A stretch of 64,000 nucleotides of DNA, taken from the NCBI RefSeq assembly GCF_006345805.1, contig NC_042997.1, positions 15,066,001 through 15,130,000 of the forward strand, written 5' to 3'. The position numbers and the translations under genes are program-made. Source of the stretch: Octopus sinensis. Taxonomy: Eukaryota. This document shows, one piece after another, positions 62,206 through 64,000 of this stretch; within the stretch, counting starts at the first letter, position 1; the number at the start of each line of letters is the position of its first letter. The notes below the pieces were generated by a model. The model was not told where the DNA came from and ran no database searches. It saw nothing but the letters and a program-made list of their open reading frames with translations.

Positions 62206-63147
62206 ATGAACACAATGCACTCTTTAACTGTCCAACCCATGCCAGCATGGAAAACATGTTAAATGTTTTGAATTAATCATGCATTATTTAGTAGCTTTGA
62301 GACTTTGATGATGTGATTGTTTATTTTTAGAATGGTATTGTAAAAGAGGAAACAAACTACTAGTATTTTATTGCCTTCACAGTGTTTACTGTTTAACAAA
62401 ATCAAACTAGAAAACTGGACAAAGCAGAGAACACAACTGAAAAAATTAAAAAGAAAAAAGAAAAAAAGAGGAAAAAAAAACCCCAAAACAATTCACTGCC
62501 TTTAGTTGAAAAGTTGGGGGCACTGGGAAACCTCTTTAATGGCTATTGAGACATGCTTGTAGCATTGCTACGGGTAATGGCGAGGCTGATATGCTGGAAC
62601 AGCCAAGTGCCCACACAAGCCTCACCAGTTACCTCTGCAAGGCAAGTTGCCAGTGAAGCCAGGAATCTCGCAGTTAGTGGTCCAATCCCACCAAATGTCT
62701 TAAATGCCACAAGATGGAAAATGTAGTTGGCTGATAGATTGTGGTATTATAAGACAATGAGTTAGCAGAAACGTTAGCACACCGGGCGAAATGCTTAGTG
62801 GTATTTTGTCTGCCGCTACGTTCTAAGTTCAAATTCCGCCGAGGTTGACTTTGCCTTACATCCTTTCGGGGTCAATAAATTAAGTACCAGAGGGCTAGCT
62901 TTGGAACTCAATCAAGGGAGTGAGTTAGCAGAGGAGGCAGGGTAAGCAGCATTGGTTCCAAAGGTGGGGCTAGAACGGAGTAAGTTAGATGTGGCCAGTT
63001 TGAATATAAAACAAGTAGAATATTTGGGTTGGATATAACTGGATTAAATGTTAAAGGGTTAAAATACAAGTCCATGTATTAGTCTGTGTTTCTGAAGCAA
63101 AAGTTGAATTCTAGTTCTGAAGTTTTTATTTGTTTATTTATTTGTAG

Positions 63148-63248
63148 ATAATCATTGGCCATGATGGAGTTAGTGGTTTAAATTATGAACATACATCAGC
63201 GGAAGGCGTTGTTCTTGTGTCGCTTATAGATCATGCCCTTGATTTCTG
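63148..63248 (+). CDS. CRAT: CRAT exon with catalytic His (101 nt, phase 0/2): IIIGHDGVSGLNYEHTSAEGVVLVSLIDHALDF
   Basis: tttgtAG|...TG|GTATGT; YEHxxAEG motif (Glu as in CrAT rather than Asp as in ChAT/CPT); gene continues beyond the window. Confidence 0.92.
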
Positions 63249-63789
63249 GTATGTATTGGGAGTTTGGTTTCTTTTTTTTTTCAATTCTTTTATTGGTTTC
63301 AGTCATTGGACTGCAACTGTGTTGAGGTGCCATTTTCAAGAGCTTAACCAATCATGTTGATACCATTTCCTATTTCATTCTGGTTCTTATTTTATTGATC
63401 TCTTATTTTTTTGAACCGCTAAGTTTTGGGATGTAAACAACAGCAGTTTTGTAGGCTGCTATCAACACACACACACACACACACACAAAATGGGCTTCTG
63501 CACAGTTCCTCTCTCACAAATTCCACTTACAAGGTATTGGAGAGCCCAAGTCTCTCGAAGAAGATGCATGCTCAAGTTACTATGCGGTAGGATTGAACTC
63601 AGAACCACACAGTTATGCTTACTCCTATTTTGATACACATTTATATGGATGGCAGAGTATGGGGTAGTCTCTCTTTCATATTTTAGCCTTCAACACCTGG
63701 CATGAAGCCACCTGCCCTCTCTTAGATACTCTCGTACTCAGTCACGGTGGTTTTTTACTTTTTGTTTCTTTGCTTTCTTTTGCAAGTTA

Positions 63790-64000
63790 CTTGGCAACTG
63801 CACTAGCACTGTTGTCATGAAAAAAGCACCCAGTACACTCTGTAAAGTGGTTGGTATAAAGAATGACATCCAACCATAGAAACCTTACCAAAGCTAACAA
63901 TGGGGTCTGACACAGTTCTGTGGCTCATCGGATCCTGTTAAACCCTCAAACTCATACCAGCATGGAAAATAGATGTTAAATGATGATGATGATGATAAAA
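63790..64000 (+). mobile_element. Family E repeat, degenerate
   Basis: AAAAAGCACCCAGTACACTC...CCAGCATGGAAAA..GTTAAA(TGA)n. Confidence 0.6.

Noticed and set aside
35662-63248. Choline acetyltransferase, CPT or CROT as the identity of the host gene
   Set aside because: EHxxAEG, GNRWFDKTLQ, FAAKII and PVGILTS match CrAT better than ChAT (HSPFDG, RWYDK), CPT1/2 (HSWAD/HSWGD) or CROT (HAPFD).

Overview
AT-rich, repeat-dense animal genomic DNA. The SINE and LINE families look like those of an octopod cephalopod (Octopus sp.); this is recognition from memory, not a search result. One host gene is well supported: a + strand carnitine O-acetyltransferase (CRAT-like) with eight coding exons between 35662 and 63248. 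All have GT-AG junctions, phases are consistent throughout, and the catalytic His exon is included. Its first exon was not located and its 3' end lies beyond the window. The rest is introns or intergenic DNA filled with four tRNA-derived SINE families, RTE, Tx1/L1, CRE and Penelope retroelement remnants, mariner fragments, a piggyBac-type MITE and microsatellites. Most short ORFs in the track are microsatellite or repeat artefacts. The most striking unexplained structure is a set of five type I hammerhead ribozyme motifs. Two sit 361 nt apart in an 846-bp non-coding cassette (50280-51125) flanked by a 13-bp target-site duplication. Both carry the compensatory U3-A8 core variant, and they covary in all three stems, as expected for a retrozyme or Penelope-derived self-cleaving element. 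Other notable structures are a fold-back SINE dimer 17 nt downstream of a CRAT exon, a locally templated inverted insertion, and a SINE whose 3' tail matches the Tx1 LINE in the window.
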